Origin: the human T2T-CHM13v2.0 reference genome, Homo sapiens
Direction: 5' to 3' (one strand)
Assembly: GCF_009914755.1 (NCBI RefSeq)
Contig: NC_060934.1
Length of the DNA stretch: 64,000 bases
Under the pieces are notes generated by a model. That model had not been told where the DNA came from. It did no database searches and worked only from the letters and a program-made list of their open reading frames with translations. Position 1 is the stretch's first letter. Each line of letters opens with the position of its first letter. A program made the translations under genes and the position numbers. Of the stretch, positions 1 to 14,882 are shown one piece after another.

Positions 1-130
1 AAAAAGACAAGACAAATATTTAAGGTGTTGGACATCCCAATTACAATGATTTGATCTTTAGAAATTATATAAATGTATTAAATTATCACATGTACCCCCC
101 AATACATGTACATCTATTATGTATTGATAA
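1..130 (+). mobile_element. L1MA-type 3' end fragment
   Basis: gatttgatc...atcacatgtacccc...atgtacatctattatgtat resembles the L1MA 3' terminus. Confidence 0.65.
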
Positions 131-437
131 TTTTTCTTTTTTTTTAAGAGACAGGGTTTCCCTCTGTTACCTAGGCTGGTGTGCAATCGCATAATCATAG
201 CTCACTACAGCCCCTTCAACTCCTGGGGCACAAGTGATCCTCCTGCCTCAGTTTTCCAGGTAGCTGAGACTACAGCCACACACCAAAATTAGCCATGCCT
301 GGCTGATTTTATTTTTTTGTAGAAACAGGGTCTTGCTATGTTGCCCAGGCTAGTCTTGAACTCTTGGCCTCAAGTGATCCTCCTGCTTTGGCTCTTAAAG
401 TGGTAGGATTATAGGCTTAAGCCACTGCACCAAGCCA
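131..437 (-). mobile_element. Alu (AluJ-like)
   Basis: Antisense dimer, diverged, caagtgatcctcctgcc in both arms. Confidence 0.9.
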
Positions 438-819
438 AAAGAATTTTTAAATATAAATACAGATAAGTACGTATATTTATAGACAAGACAAGATGAGGAA
501 AAGATACCTTGGAAGTGATCAAGACTAATAAAAACAAATCAGCAGTTCAACGCTCATTTATAGTGCTGGTAGTGGGTATCACTAATTAACTGCACACTCT
601 TACTTAGCCAGGGTAGAGCCTCACAATGCTTCCCAACACTAACATGCCAAGCAGATGCTACCAACTGATGTAAAATTTCCTGACTGATATATATGCAATA
701 AATATTAAGAAAAATTCTTAACACTAGGTTTTGTTAAACACTGGAAGGAACTGTTAATATGTGATGGAACTTAATGACCTTGAAAAACGATATGGATGTG
801 CGATGAGAGAAACAGTTAG

Positions 820-1188
<369 letters not shown>

Positions 1189-1891
1189 AGGTATTGCGTT
1201 TTTCAAGTCCACATACTGGATGTTTTGGGCCTTTTGGCTTGAAGACTTTACATATACAAAGAGATCTCATATATCGTGTTGTTGATTCATCCTTGTTATA
1301 CAGAATTCAACATTTACAAAAATGGCTATTCCATAAATGGCAAATGGGAAAAGGGCTGTCAATTGGGAATTAGTTCCATATATTGTACTGGACTCTCAGG
1401 CAAAGAACATCTGAAAAAGCACTGGGTATTTTTGTTGTTATTGTGATTTTTTACTAAAATAAATGCATTGCATTTATTTTAAAAATACCTTATTACTTTA
1501 CACAACTGACAGATACATTGGAATATATTAGTATTCCTATTTAAGTGCAAATGTGAAAGATTCCTCATTTATAATTAACAACTTTTATTAAGTAACTAGG
1601 TCTAGACAGCTAAGAATACTTGAGTGAAGCAATCTGAAGAAGATATTAGAAGAATTTGATCTGGAATTAGACTGGACTGAAAGGAGATTGTGGACAGCCA
1701 GGAGAAAACACCATAGTATCTAAAGACTCAGGAGGAAGCAGAACTATTATAACCATTCAGAAAGGAAAGACAGATACTATACTTTCTCATATTTAGGATG
1801 CTGAAAGCACCTGGTATGCCACATAAATACTTTGCTGTCTGTTGCCCACTTCTTCGTCAACTTGGCAAGATTATTTTAAAGGCTTCCACTT

Positions 1892-2149
<258 letters not shown>

Positions 2150-2352
2150 GGCTCTCACTTTCCCAATTGTCTTAATCTATACCTATCCCAATGGCTCTAA
2201 ATAAAGGCTGAAAGGGGATGGGAAATGGCTCAGGGATATCCATTAATGAATGAGAGAACTTGCCAAAGGCATTTTATTTGCTAAGTCAGAGGTACAGATT
2301 CCTACTATGCTACAAATGCATGACAAAACTAAGAATCAAATATGAATAACAG

Positions 2353-2797
2353 CCATGACTGTTAATTTTAAGTGTCAACTTGACTAGGAAATGTTGCCTA
2401 GTGGTCTGGTCAAACATCATTCCAGATGTTGCTCTGGAAGTATTTTTAGATGTGATTACCATTTAAACCAGCAGACTCTGAGTAAAGCAGATTACCCCTA
2501 ACACATGGATAGGTTTAATCCAATCAGTTGAAGGCCTTAAGAAAAAAGACTAAGGTCTCTCAAGGAAAAATGGATTCTGCCTTCATACTGCCTTTCAGAC
2601 TCAAAGACTGCAGCAGCAAGTCTTGCCTGAACTACTAGCCTGCTGGTCTACCATGTGGAATTTGGACTTGTTAGTCCCCACAATTCCAAGAGCCAATCAA
2701 TAAAAATCTCCTCTTTCTCAATTTCTATACACAAACATATATACAACCCCACTTGCCACATCCCATACTGGTACTGTATGAGGAGAACCCTAATACA
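2353..2797 (+). mobile_element. MLT2-family solo LTR (ERVL)
   Basis: gttaattttaagtgtcaacttgac start, gagtaaagcagattaccc, atccaatcagttgaaggcc, ends gagaaccctaataca. Confidence 0.85.
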
Positions 2798-3289
2798 GCA
2801 CTCTACTGAGAAACACTACTACAGAACCCTAGTCTTCTGAGAAGTAAAGAAAAAGAAACAGGCAACCATAAGATATTCCCCCATCAGCTGATTCTATACT
2901 ACAAAATACTATGCATACAGCTCTATTTCAGAACTTCTGGCATGTTGCTGTAATATTTATGACCTGAAAGAGAATCAAGTATTTTATCTGTCTTTGAGTT
3001 CACATTTAGAGCAAAGTGACTGGCACACAGCAATAAATGAATGCCTATATGTTATAGCTCAGCAATCACAGGATCTTCTTTTTCCTCGAATCTTAAAAAC
3101 ATATGTTTCCTACAAGGGAGGTCTTATGCCTAATAATTTACAAGGCAGGAGTTATACTCAAGACATTGATCTGGTATTTCAGTAAATTTCACCAAAACAG
3201 AATAGTACACTTTAATGATTTATCTTAGAGTGAGCAATCATTTGAACAAATTATTCAGCGGTAGAAAAGTGGGGGGAAAAATAAGGTAC

Positions 3290-3805
<516 letters not shown>

Positions 3806-4668
3806 TCATTTTTTAAAAATATGGTGTAATACTGCACCAGGCGCGGTGGTATTTAACCAACCGTGATGTCCTAGTGGCTTAGCTAATTTCTATTCATCCT
3901 GATGTAACTCAGGGGTCACCTACTCTAATTCTAACAATACCTCCGCATCCCTACGACCAGAATGAATTCCTTATTCCTCCCTGGTCTCTGCTACTTACTA
4001 CATTTTGCTTATATTTGTTTTTCTATGTGTGTTTCCCCCATTAAATTCTAGGTTCTTTGAAGGTATTTGTAGTTCTGAACATAACAAACCTGGCCCTTAA
4101 ATATATGAATTAATGACTCTCAATCCAGATTATTTAATGACTAAGGACCAGTACTGTTTTGTTTTTAGTCTGAAGCCTAGAAAGACTTGAATTTTAGAGA
4201 CAACTGTTTTGGCAAGAGACTGACAAGGGCTTCATTTTAAAGTATTTTATTTTTGAATTTTAGCTTTGAGCAAATCTAGGTATTCAGAATACCCATATGC
4301 ACAACCAAAAAAACAAACAAACAAACAAACAAAAAACAGCAAAACAAAACTAGACAGCTGAAAAAAAAGAGACTAGAAAACATCTTAATATGGATTACCT
4401 GCCGAGGAAACAAATGAATCTGAAAATAATGCACAGATTTGGAGTGTAGCTTGATGCCAGTGTACGCAAAATCTAGGTGAAATTGTACAGGCAATAAAAT
4501 TCAGGAAAAACTTAGTCTTTTATTTAGGAAAGATATTAACTATAAGAAAAATAAAGTGCCACACAAAAGAGAATGATATGTAAATAGGAGACACTTCACA
4601 CTGGATGGCTCACAAAGGCAGGCAGTGTAACAGAAATAATATCTTATACTCTAAAATTTTGAGTTCAG

Positions 4669-5262
<594 letters not shown>

Positions 5263-7072
5263 ACACAGGTTCTTTTTTGACTATCACAAGCTGTGTGAAC
5301 CTAGATGCCAAGTCACAGCTGAGCTAAACCTCACTTTCTCTGCCTACCACAGAAAATTACTACCATATATTCTCTTCCTTATATTTATTTCTTCTTTTCA
5401 ACGTTTCATTCCCCTATGCCATCTATCTGTAATTTTAGTAGAAAACATAAATATTAGATTTAAAAGGTCTTGTAAAGGAGCGGGGACAGGTAGGTGAATT
5501 GATACTGACACACGTAAGTCAAATGAAAACTAGTGTTATGAGAAGCAGTATCTATGAGTTAGCAGAATAAACCCGTCAAAAAAAGGAGATTCTGGAGAGG
5601 GTTTAAAGGGAATATGTGACTTGAGTTCCTAACTTTCTAGTTCCCAATTCCAGTCTGAGTAAAGTTCAGCTGTACTTTCTTGAAATGGATGTACCATGAC
5701 ATTGCCTGCTATATCATCACAATACTCACACCCTTTTAAAACTTAATCTACTTTACATCGTTTCTATTTTTGCTTCCTTCTCATCTGTAAGTTAGACTTC
5801 TCAAACAGTTGTGTGGATTAATAAATTAATATATATCCTGAAAGCATTACACAAAATAAGAGAATACAATCTATTTTCCTCATAAAGCTAACATTGGAAA
5901 TAAAATAATGCACATGAAAATATTTTGGGAATGATCAAATTCCCAAAATTAAATTCTAATTCTAGTAAAATATTACTATTATACTGAGGAATAAAACTCT
6001 AATTCTGAGATTTTAAATAATATGACATGCTTCAGTAAGATTATGCAATTAAGAAAAAGAATAAATCAATCCTATGATCTTATTTTGATTGGAAAAAAGA
6101 AACCAGAAAATCTTTCTCAATGGTAACTAGTGATGGCTTAGAGTCTACAAGCATAATTTCACATACTTTAAATTCATAGCAGCAGCTATGAAAATTTAAA
6201 AGGAGACTGGCAGATTTTTCAGCATATGATCACAGCAGATTTGGGACCAGGAAAGAACTACTGCAGTGACTTATAAATGTTTTTAATCTGAATATTGCAG
6301 AATAGCTCATACTTGGGCCAAATTTCAGTCAAAATAACATGTTCCTAAACTCCAAGGATACATTTTCAACACATCAAGTTTCGCAACCAATTTTTACAAA
6401 TGAAGAGCTCCTTTTTTAAATAGCAACAGATATGTACTGGGGTAATTTATGGGACCTTAATAAGCATGTTTCATTACTATTTTTGAAATTATAGCTATAT
6501 AAAATCATATAGGTAGGTAATAGAATATTTAAATAGAATACAGAGCAAAATTACTGAATATTAAAACATGATATGGCAACTTTATATTAAAAATAATTTT
6601 TAAAAAACAAGGAAGTATATTGACTCTGCTTTAGCTGCTGGTTCCTCTTTTCTTGTTGTCCATCCTACTATCGAGGCTTCAGCTTAGCTCTACTATTGCA
6701 AGCTGTCACTTTTGACTTGAAATGGAATAAAGCCAAATATTACAAAATAGCTGTTTCCTGTTCTGGCCTCGTCTCCTAGACCACCCCCAGGCTTTGCCTG
6801 CCCATGGATGCTCATCCTACCAAGCCAATAATCTACCAGTAGTCAGTTCATAGTTATGTATTTTTAATACTTTTGGCACAGTATATATGCCACAACTGTT
6901 CTCATTTTACTGATTTTATGTCAACAAGGCACCTCTAAATTTTAATCAAATGTTAAAATGAAGGCAAAGTGAAATGGAAAAGGGAGATGCATATGAAAAG
7001 TCAGGGAGTAACTGGGAATGTGTTCGACGCCTGTCAAAATATAATCCAGAAACAGATATAGAAAAAGAGAGT

Positions 7073-7418
<346 letters not shown>

Positions 7419-8229
7419 CTAAATGATCCTGGTTTTCCAATTCTGCAGAACATCTGATTTGCATCTGGCACTCTAACTGAAAAGTTCTTTTAAGATAAAC
7501 CTAGCTTTAGTTGAATGCCTCTTATCCTAAAGACTAAAATAATTAGGGCTTGATTCGTTTAATGTTGACCAGAGAAGGCTGTTTTTTCACCTTTAACAAG
7601 TTCACAGAGCTAGTGTACTCACTGCTACAAAGGTCATTTAGTCTAACTCTTTTATTTAATGCTTAGGGGACTTCTAGACCTTAGTATTATAGCTACAAAG
7701 TGTCTTCCCAGAGCCAAACAAAGAAAAATAATTTTGTACCTTATTGAATATCACTTCTACTTTCTGAGAGAAAAATAACTATCAGCAACAAGTAGAGTAC
7801 ATGACTTTCCCTGTGGAAAAAAGGTAAGGGTGTGCTGTAAAGGATACCACCACAGTACAGTTTTGTTGTCATCTTTTCTAATATCATTTTCTTAAAATAA
7901 TAGTTTAAGAAGTCACAATGAAATCTTACCTACTTATTCTTCATAAAAACTGGGAGAAGAAAAAAACACTACTACAAAAACGTGTTCTATTATACACTGT
8001 CTATGGGTTATATTGAGAGTTGAAAAAGTTTGTTTAGCACCAGCTGGAGAAAAAAATGCTAAGAGTTCTAGGGAAGACTAGTAAGAAAGATTGTTAGAAG
8101 TAAGCAGCAGATGGTGGCAGAGAAATAGTCAATGAGTGTGTGAATGGTAGGAAGAGAAAGGAGTTTCAAATATCCACGAAAAAGGTTTAAGATACCATTT
8201 ATGAAAAGGGAAATTTACAATATGTCTCT

Positions 8230-8447
8230 TATTGAGCAGTTTCTGTACTATAAACTCTTTACTGTATCATTTCATTTAATCTTTCTAACAACCCTGAGGT
8301 AGACAGTATTTACAGTTGAGGAAACCATTTATTCAGAGCAGCTGAGACTTTCCCAATGTGAACTAGCTAACAAATGCTAAAGGTAAAATTTGAAACTAAG
8401 TTTGCTTGAACTGATGTCAAAATTCATGCTCTTAACCATTATGCTAC
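8230..8447 (-). mobile_element. MIR
   Basis: tcatttaatctttctaacaaccctgaggtag...ttacagttgaggaaac...gctcttaaccattatgct. Confidence 0.8.
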
Positions 8448-10030
8448 AATGAATCTCTAAAAGGTTCTAGTGAAGACCCAATCAATTAGCTGCTTCTGAT
8501 ATTTACAATAACCAACATGCCATTGTTACACAGATAATTTTGTTACTCTCCTGAGAACTGTGCTTAGTGATCTTTTCCTCTTTTGTCTGACCCCACACCA
8601 TGTGTATCCAGCATTAATTCTATTCATAAACTCTCTTCTTTAGCTAAGCTGACATTCTACTGTCCCCTAAAATACTTCAACACCAATTATGCTGTTCCTC
8701 CTGGCAAATGTCTGGATTACCATTACCACCGCCACCACCAACCACCCCACCAACCCCACCTCATCCTTTCACTTACTTCTTTAACCATTTCAGTCTTTAT
8801 TGACTTCTCCTATCTTTGTATTTCGGAAGTTTTTACTTCAGGCTCCTTAAATCCAGTCTACTTCAAGGAAGTCATTTTTTATGTCAGTTCTTATCATAGA
8901 TTATAAACTTCTTGACAATAAGATAAAGATCATTACTTACAAGACTTTTATCAACTTTAAAAAATCATTAAACAACTAGCAGGGAGCCGTGAAATTGGTA
9001 AAAAGTAATGCTAGAGCAGTGACATGATACCACGAAAATGACAAATCTGAAAGGAACTGTAGGACAAAAATAATTACGGAAGTATACTAATAAATACTGT
9101 ACCAGGTCAAATTCTCATTCACACTATAGAAATGTTACATTTTTAAAACAATCTAAAGTGATCTGTCTGTACTATAAGCTGAAGTGAAGGTAAAGTTTGA
9201 AAAAGCAAGTCCCTTCTCCACCATACAAAGCACTGTAACAGGAAGTTCTGTTTACTTCTTTCTGTAAACTACTAGTAATATCATATTACCCTGAGAAATA
9301 AATCTGCTTATAAACAAACCTCTATCAACAAGATTTCAAACTTTGTCAGTGGACCACTTATGTCAAATATTTAATTCAACAAATTACAACATTTGTCTAG
9401 TAACGACCAAACAACTGGTTAAATTGTTCACCTTGGCTGACTAATGGCTAAAATTTCACCTTATTTGCATTATTCCATCCTGGTTGTGAAGCAATTCCAA
9501 ATGCCATAGGACAGTAACACAAATTTAGGAGAAAAAAAAAATACATGTCTCTGGTACACTCTACTCCCTAAACTACTGCAAACTTACCCTAGGCAACTGT
9601 TTGAGCTATTTTTAGTAAAACAGATGTGTTGAGCAACAATTACCTTAGGGATATTCAGAAACCACAGCCAATAAATTTATATGATCAATGATGAAAGAAA
9701 TATGGGTTAAAATGGATTCAAACTGGAAAAACTATCATTGAAAGACTACAGAAATAGATAAACAATCTGGCACAGTCCAGACACATTCATTTACTAGACA
9801 ATGTGTGAGTCTTCTCTGGTTAAGTCTTTAAGCAATCTTTAGTCCAGGTACTAAGAAAATACTCAGGTTTGTTCTACCCATTCCCTTCAACCAGCAATTC
9901 ACAGCACAACAGTACTGTATTTAGTATTTAGTAAAGTACTGTAGTTCAATGTCCATACTCTACAATGATAGAACTGTAGTATTAACAGTCTTATCTCCAA
10001 ACTTTATCAGCTCATTATGATACAGAACTT

Positions 10031-10168
<138 letters not shown>

Positions 10169-10717
10169 TAATGGAATCATTCCTTCAGGTCTAGGATTTA
10201 TGATTCTACCTTATTTTAGGGAAAACACCTCATTACTACAATGAATTTTAATATACTGTAAGATAAACATGCGGTATAATTTTGGACAACCACATTCCGT
10301 ATCAAATCTCTAACGGTTTTAACTAGTGACCTTTGTTTTATTTCTTTATTACATTTAAAAGCAAAGAGGAATGTGATGCCTAAAAATACTGGACTAACAA
10401 GCCAGACCAAGCCAGGTTAGTTGGTATGAATCATGTACAACTTTCAGGTAAGAAATAATCTCTTCCACATTCTCTATGAAGCAACCCCAACCTGAAAACT
10501 GTAGGTGTGTGCACGGCCAGTAGCCAAAATCCATGATAAAATGATTTCAAAATCATGCTAAAAGCTAAATATTTCATTTCATTATCAAAATTTTTATGTG
10601 AATGTGATCAAAACTGTTATCAAAATTTAATGGAAAGTTTTTTTGAACTTCTATAATCATACTCCAAAGTAAAGCAACAATACCACAGAGATTATAGTAA
10701 CAACAAAAAAAAAACTA

Positions 10718-11009
10718 TTTTTTTTTGAGATGTAGTCACGCTCTGTTGCCCAGGCTAGAGTGCAGTGGCGCGGTCTCGGCTCACTGAAACCTCTGCCTCC
10801 CAGGTTCAAGCGATTCTCCTGCTTCAGCCTCCAAAGTAGCTGGGATTACAGGCGCCCGCCACCACGCCCGGTTAATTTTTTTTTGTATTTTTAGTAGAGA
10901 CTGCATTTCACCATGTTGGCCAGGGTGGTCTCGAACTCCTGACCTCATGATCCGCCCGCTTCGGCTTCTCAAAGTGCTGGGATTACAGGCATGAGCCACC
11001 GTGCCTGGC
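10718..11009 (-). mobile_element. Alu (AluSg/Sc-like)
   Basis: gacctcatgatccgcccg; TSD-like aacaaaaaactatt. Confidence 0.9.
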
Positions 11010-11417
11010 GTAACAAAAAACTATTAAAAGTACCTTTAAGAAGCAATAATTTATTTTCTCCTCCTTCTTCCCAGCTAGCTAAAAAACACAGTAGAATCTG
11101 CAGATTTCCCCACTGCTTCCTCTCCCTTTTCCCTTCCCCCCTACTTCAAAGAATGTTAAGTGTAGCCAGGCATGATCAGGAAACCTAAAAGGAGGAAGTA
11201 GAAACTTATTTGTGTGCACAGGGAAGGAGAAAGACACTTAACAATATCGGGGCCTGTTGCTTCAGTGGCCTAATTAATATATATCCATTATACTCTCTGA
11301 AAATGTTGGTTCAATTTCTCTTTTTAGTCATGTTTCTTTCCAAAATACTAAAAATTATAATATATAATGATTGCATCCTGGAATACCCAACTAAACGTCA
11401 CCCAAAAATCTGACCAG

Positions 11418-11764
<347 letters not shown>

Positions 11765-11828
11765 TCATTCAGAGAAAAGAGTGGGCTTCAAACCAATGAC
11801 TTAAAAGTGAAAGGACTTGTATTAATCC

Positions 11829-11983
11829 TGACTCATCTGTTTCCTAACCACTACCTTAGTTTATCATTCTGATTTAATGAAGAATAAGGCTGTGCAACTT
11901 GTAAAGGAAACTAAAGAAAAACATACTGCTACTGAATAAAATGCTGAGAAATCAAGGATAAAGGTGGCAGACTGGGAATTCCC
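11829..11983. promoter_or_regulatory. AP-1 site plus palindromic NF-kB site (candidate intronic enhancer)
   Basis: TGACTCA 11829-11835 and GGGAATTCCC 11974-11983; motif match only. Confidence 0.3.
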
Positions 11984-13747
11984 ACTGAAAACATTTAATT
12001 AGATTCACAGCAAAGCATCATTTCTGGAAATTTTAAAAACTTACATGTACCTACCACTCTAGACTAAAAAATAATATACACAAAGGCCATTTCCAAAGAG
12101 AATTTTCCCCCACCTACTTAAAAAGTTTATAAAGGATAATTAGCATCCATATTAAGAAACTGCCTCATGAAATTTTAAAAAGTGAGAAAGAAATAAGCTC
12201 AATTAAAAAGCTTATTCAAGTGTACCCAAACTCCCCTTGACTTACAGAGGGTTACCCTAAGGTTGAGATAGGTCAAGGCACTATTTACAAAATTTATGCC
12301 AGTAACAGCTGCCATTTTAAGAAGCTAAGGAATTTAATGTACTGCTTGGACAACTGGTTAGAAAACAATCAATCTGGTATAGAGCCACTGTAATTACACG
12401 AACTCTAAATTTTTTTTTCTTCTTTCTAGAACATTTCTGTATTTCATAAGATTTATTTAAATAAATAAATTTAACCATCTTAGGTATCTGTAGTAAATTT
12501 TCATTCAAAATAAGATAAATGTCTATCATTTACACATGGGAGAAAATATTTTTATATTTATAACCTGATCTTATTTAAAAACCCTAACTATAAAAAATGC
12601 ACATAGAAAAGCTCTGCTATAAACCAGCACTTAGTCTAAAATTCGTAAGAAATTCTAAAACTAAGGTATGCTAGATCCCAAATCAAGTGCTCTCATGTTA
12701 ATTCCTACTGATTTCTTTGAACTCGGAATTCACATTTTTCAGAAACACAATGGTTAAAATGTCAAGTCAATCACTTCACTTCTGGAAGATATGGCATCCT
12801 TCTAGGCCAGAGGGTGACTTAGTATATACACTAGCAGAGCAGATTAAATAGCTTACTAACAGAGACAAACATACAATTCACTAAACTGCGTTAAGACTTT
12901 AGCTCTTATGCCTCTCAAACTGTTTTAAAAAAAGTTAGGGTACCCCCCCACTCTCCCCCAGCATATTCTTTCAATCATTGTAATTTTCAAAAACATGTCG
13001 AGTTTTAGGCCACCTGGCAAGAGTTTATTTTTAAAAGTAATTTCTACATAACGATTTCACTTCTCTAAACCAAATCCAAGCTGAAACTTGGTTCCAAAAG
13101 TGCTAATAATACAACCACAGAATTAAAACATTAAGATTTGGAAGGTTCCTTTGATTTCACCTAGATTCACCTACTCTAACTCCCTCTAACTGACTGGGGG
13201 AAATGAAATGATAAGGTCTGTAGTAAACTAAATGGTATTCACAATTAACAAAATAAAACCCCAGGGAAAAGCTCCAACACCTCCACTATTAAATTGGGAT
13301 TTGCTATGAAATAAATATTATAAACAAAGAACAAAAGCTAACAATACAAAAAAACTAGGTCCTTTAAAGAAACAAGAAAAATCAAGTGGAAAGACAAGAG
13401 CACATCTATATAGACTTCAAAACATGAAATAATGTTTACACTAAATGAACTAACATCTCATTTTGGTGGACCTAAGAGAACTATTCTAATTCCCTAAGTA
13501 TTACAAATCCATGCACAACAAATAACTGCTCATTAACACAAGCTCTTGTTCTCTCCATGGAAATAATAGCTCTACATTTTATTTTTGAAAAACAGTAACA
13601 AGTCTGAAATAAAATAGTATTAACTTTTTACTCCATTAGAAAAAATTTAAACTGGTTCACTCATCCTTTCTTTCCATGCAATTACTGTATTATTTTAAAA
13701 CATCTGAGTAAAAAGAAATCTATAATATATCCATTTAATTCAACCTA

Positions 13748-14170
<423 letters not shown>

Positions 14171-14499
14171 TCAACAATCTTAAAAAATATTTAGCTTAAT
14201 ACTTTTGATGAGTTTCTTCACATAATTAAAAGCTAATAGTCAACTGGAAAATGTTTTCCTAATTAAATGTATTTGTATTTAAATTGCAATAATGGAGAAC
14301 TGAAATTTATATATAAAATCATTCAATTACTGACAATCTAAAAAAATTTCCCCTTTAAAAAAAGAACTATTATGCTAAACTGATAGGTATACATAAACAC
14401 TAATCTCATTTAATTATATTAATTTACCCAATTCTTAACGTTTAGCATTGAAGACAATTTATACTAATATTTAACCAATTATTTTCTAATAATGATTAT

Positions 14500-14605
14500 T
14501 TAGAATGTCAGATACTTTATTTTGTTTACTTCTGTATTCCTTGCAACAGAACACTGCCTGGCTCATAGTAGGTTCTCAGTATATATTGTTAATTGAATTA
14601 ATAAA
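14500..14605 (+). mobile_element. L2 3' end fragment
   Basis: ctgtattccttgcaacagaacactgcctggctcatagtaggttctcagtatatattgttaattgaat. Confidence 0.65.
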
Positions 14606-14768
14606 TCGTTTATCCTATAAGCAAAATCAACTGACTGCATTCATTGGGTTTTTCACACAACTAGAAGTTAGATGAAATGATATTTAAAGAATATTGTTTA
14701 AAGAATGTCTGAATATCAATAAAGTTTAATTAACCTTTAATTTTAAAAAGTAATCTAAAATTTCTTAC

Positions 14769-14882
14769 CTGGTAGGGCTGAAAGGCACTATCTTCAGTTA
14801 AAAAATCCAGTTGCTTATCTACAAGGAATTCTACTGCAGTGACTGAACTGGGTATATTTCTTTCAACCAGAGGTTTGAAAGT
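14769..14882 (-). CDS. JMJD1C: JMJD1C internal coding exon (exon 3 of long isoform), 38 codons TFKPLVERNIPSSVTAVEFLVDKQLDFLTEDSAFQPYQ
   Basis: Minus strand reads T10-cttggcAG|ACTTTC...CCCTACCAG|GTAAGA. Open frame, phase 0/0. Peptide matches my recollection of the JMJD1C (KDM3 family) N-terminus. Confidence 0.95.

Noticed and set aside
14769-14882. Single-exon circRNA from flanking inverted Alus
   Set aside because: The exon is only 114 nt and the nearest upstream Alu is over 5 kb away; no direct evidence.
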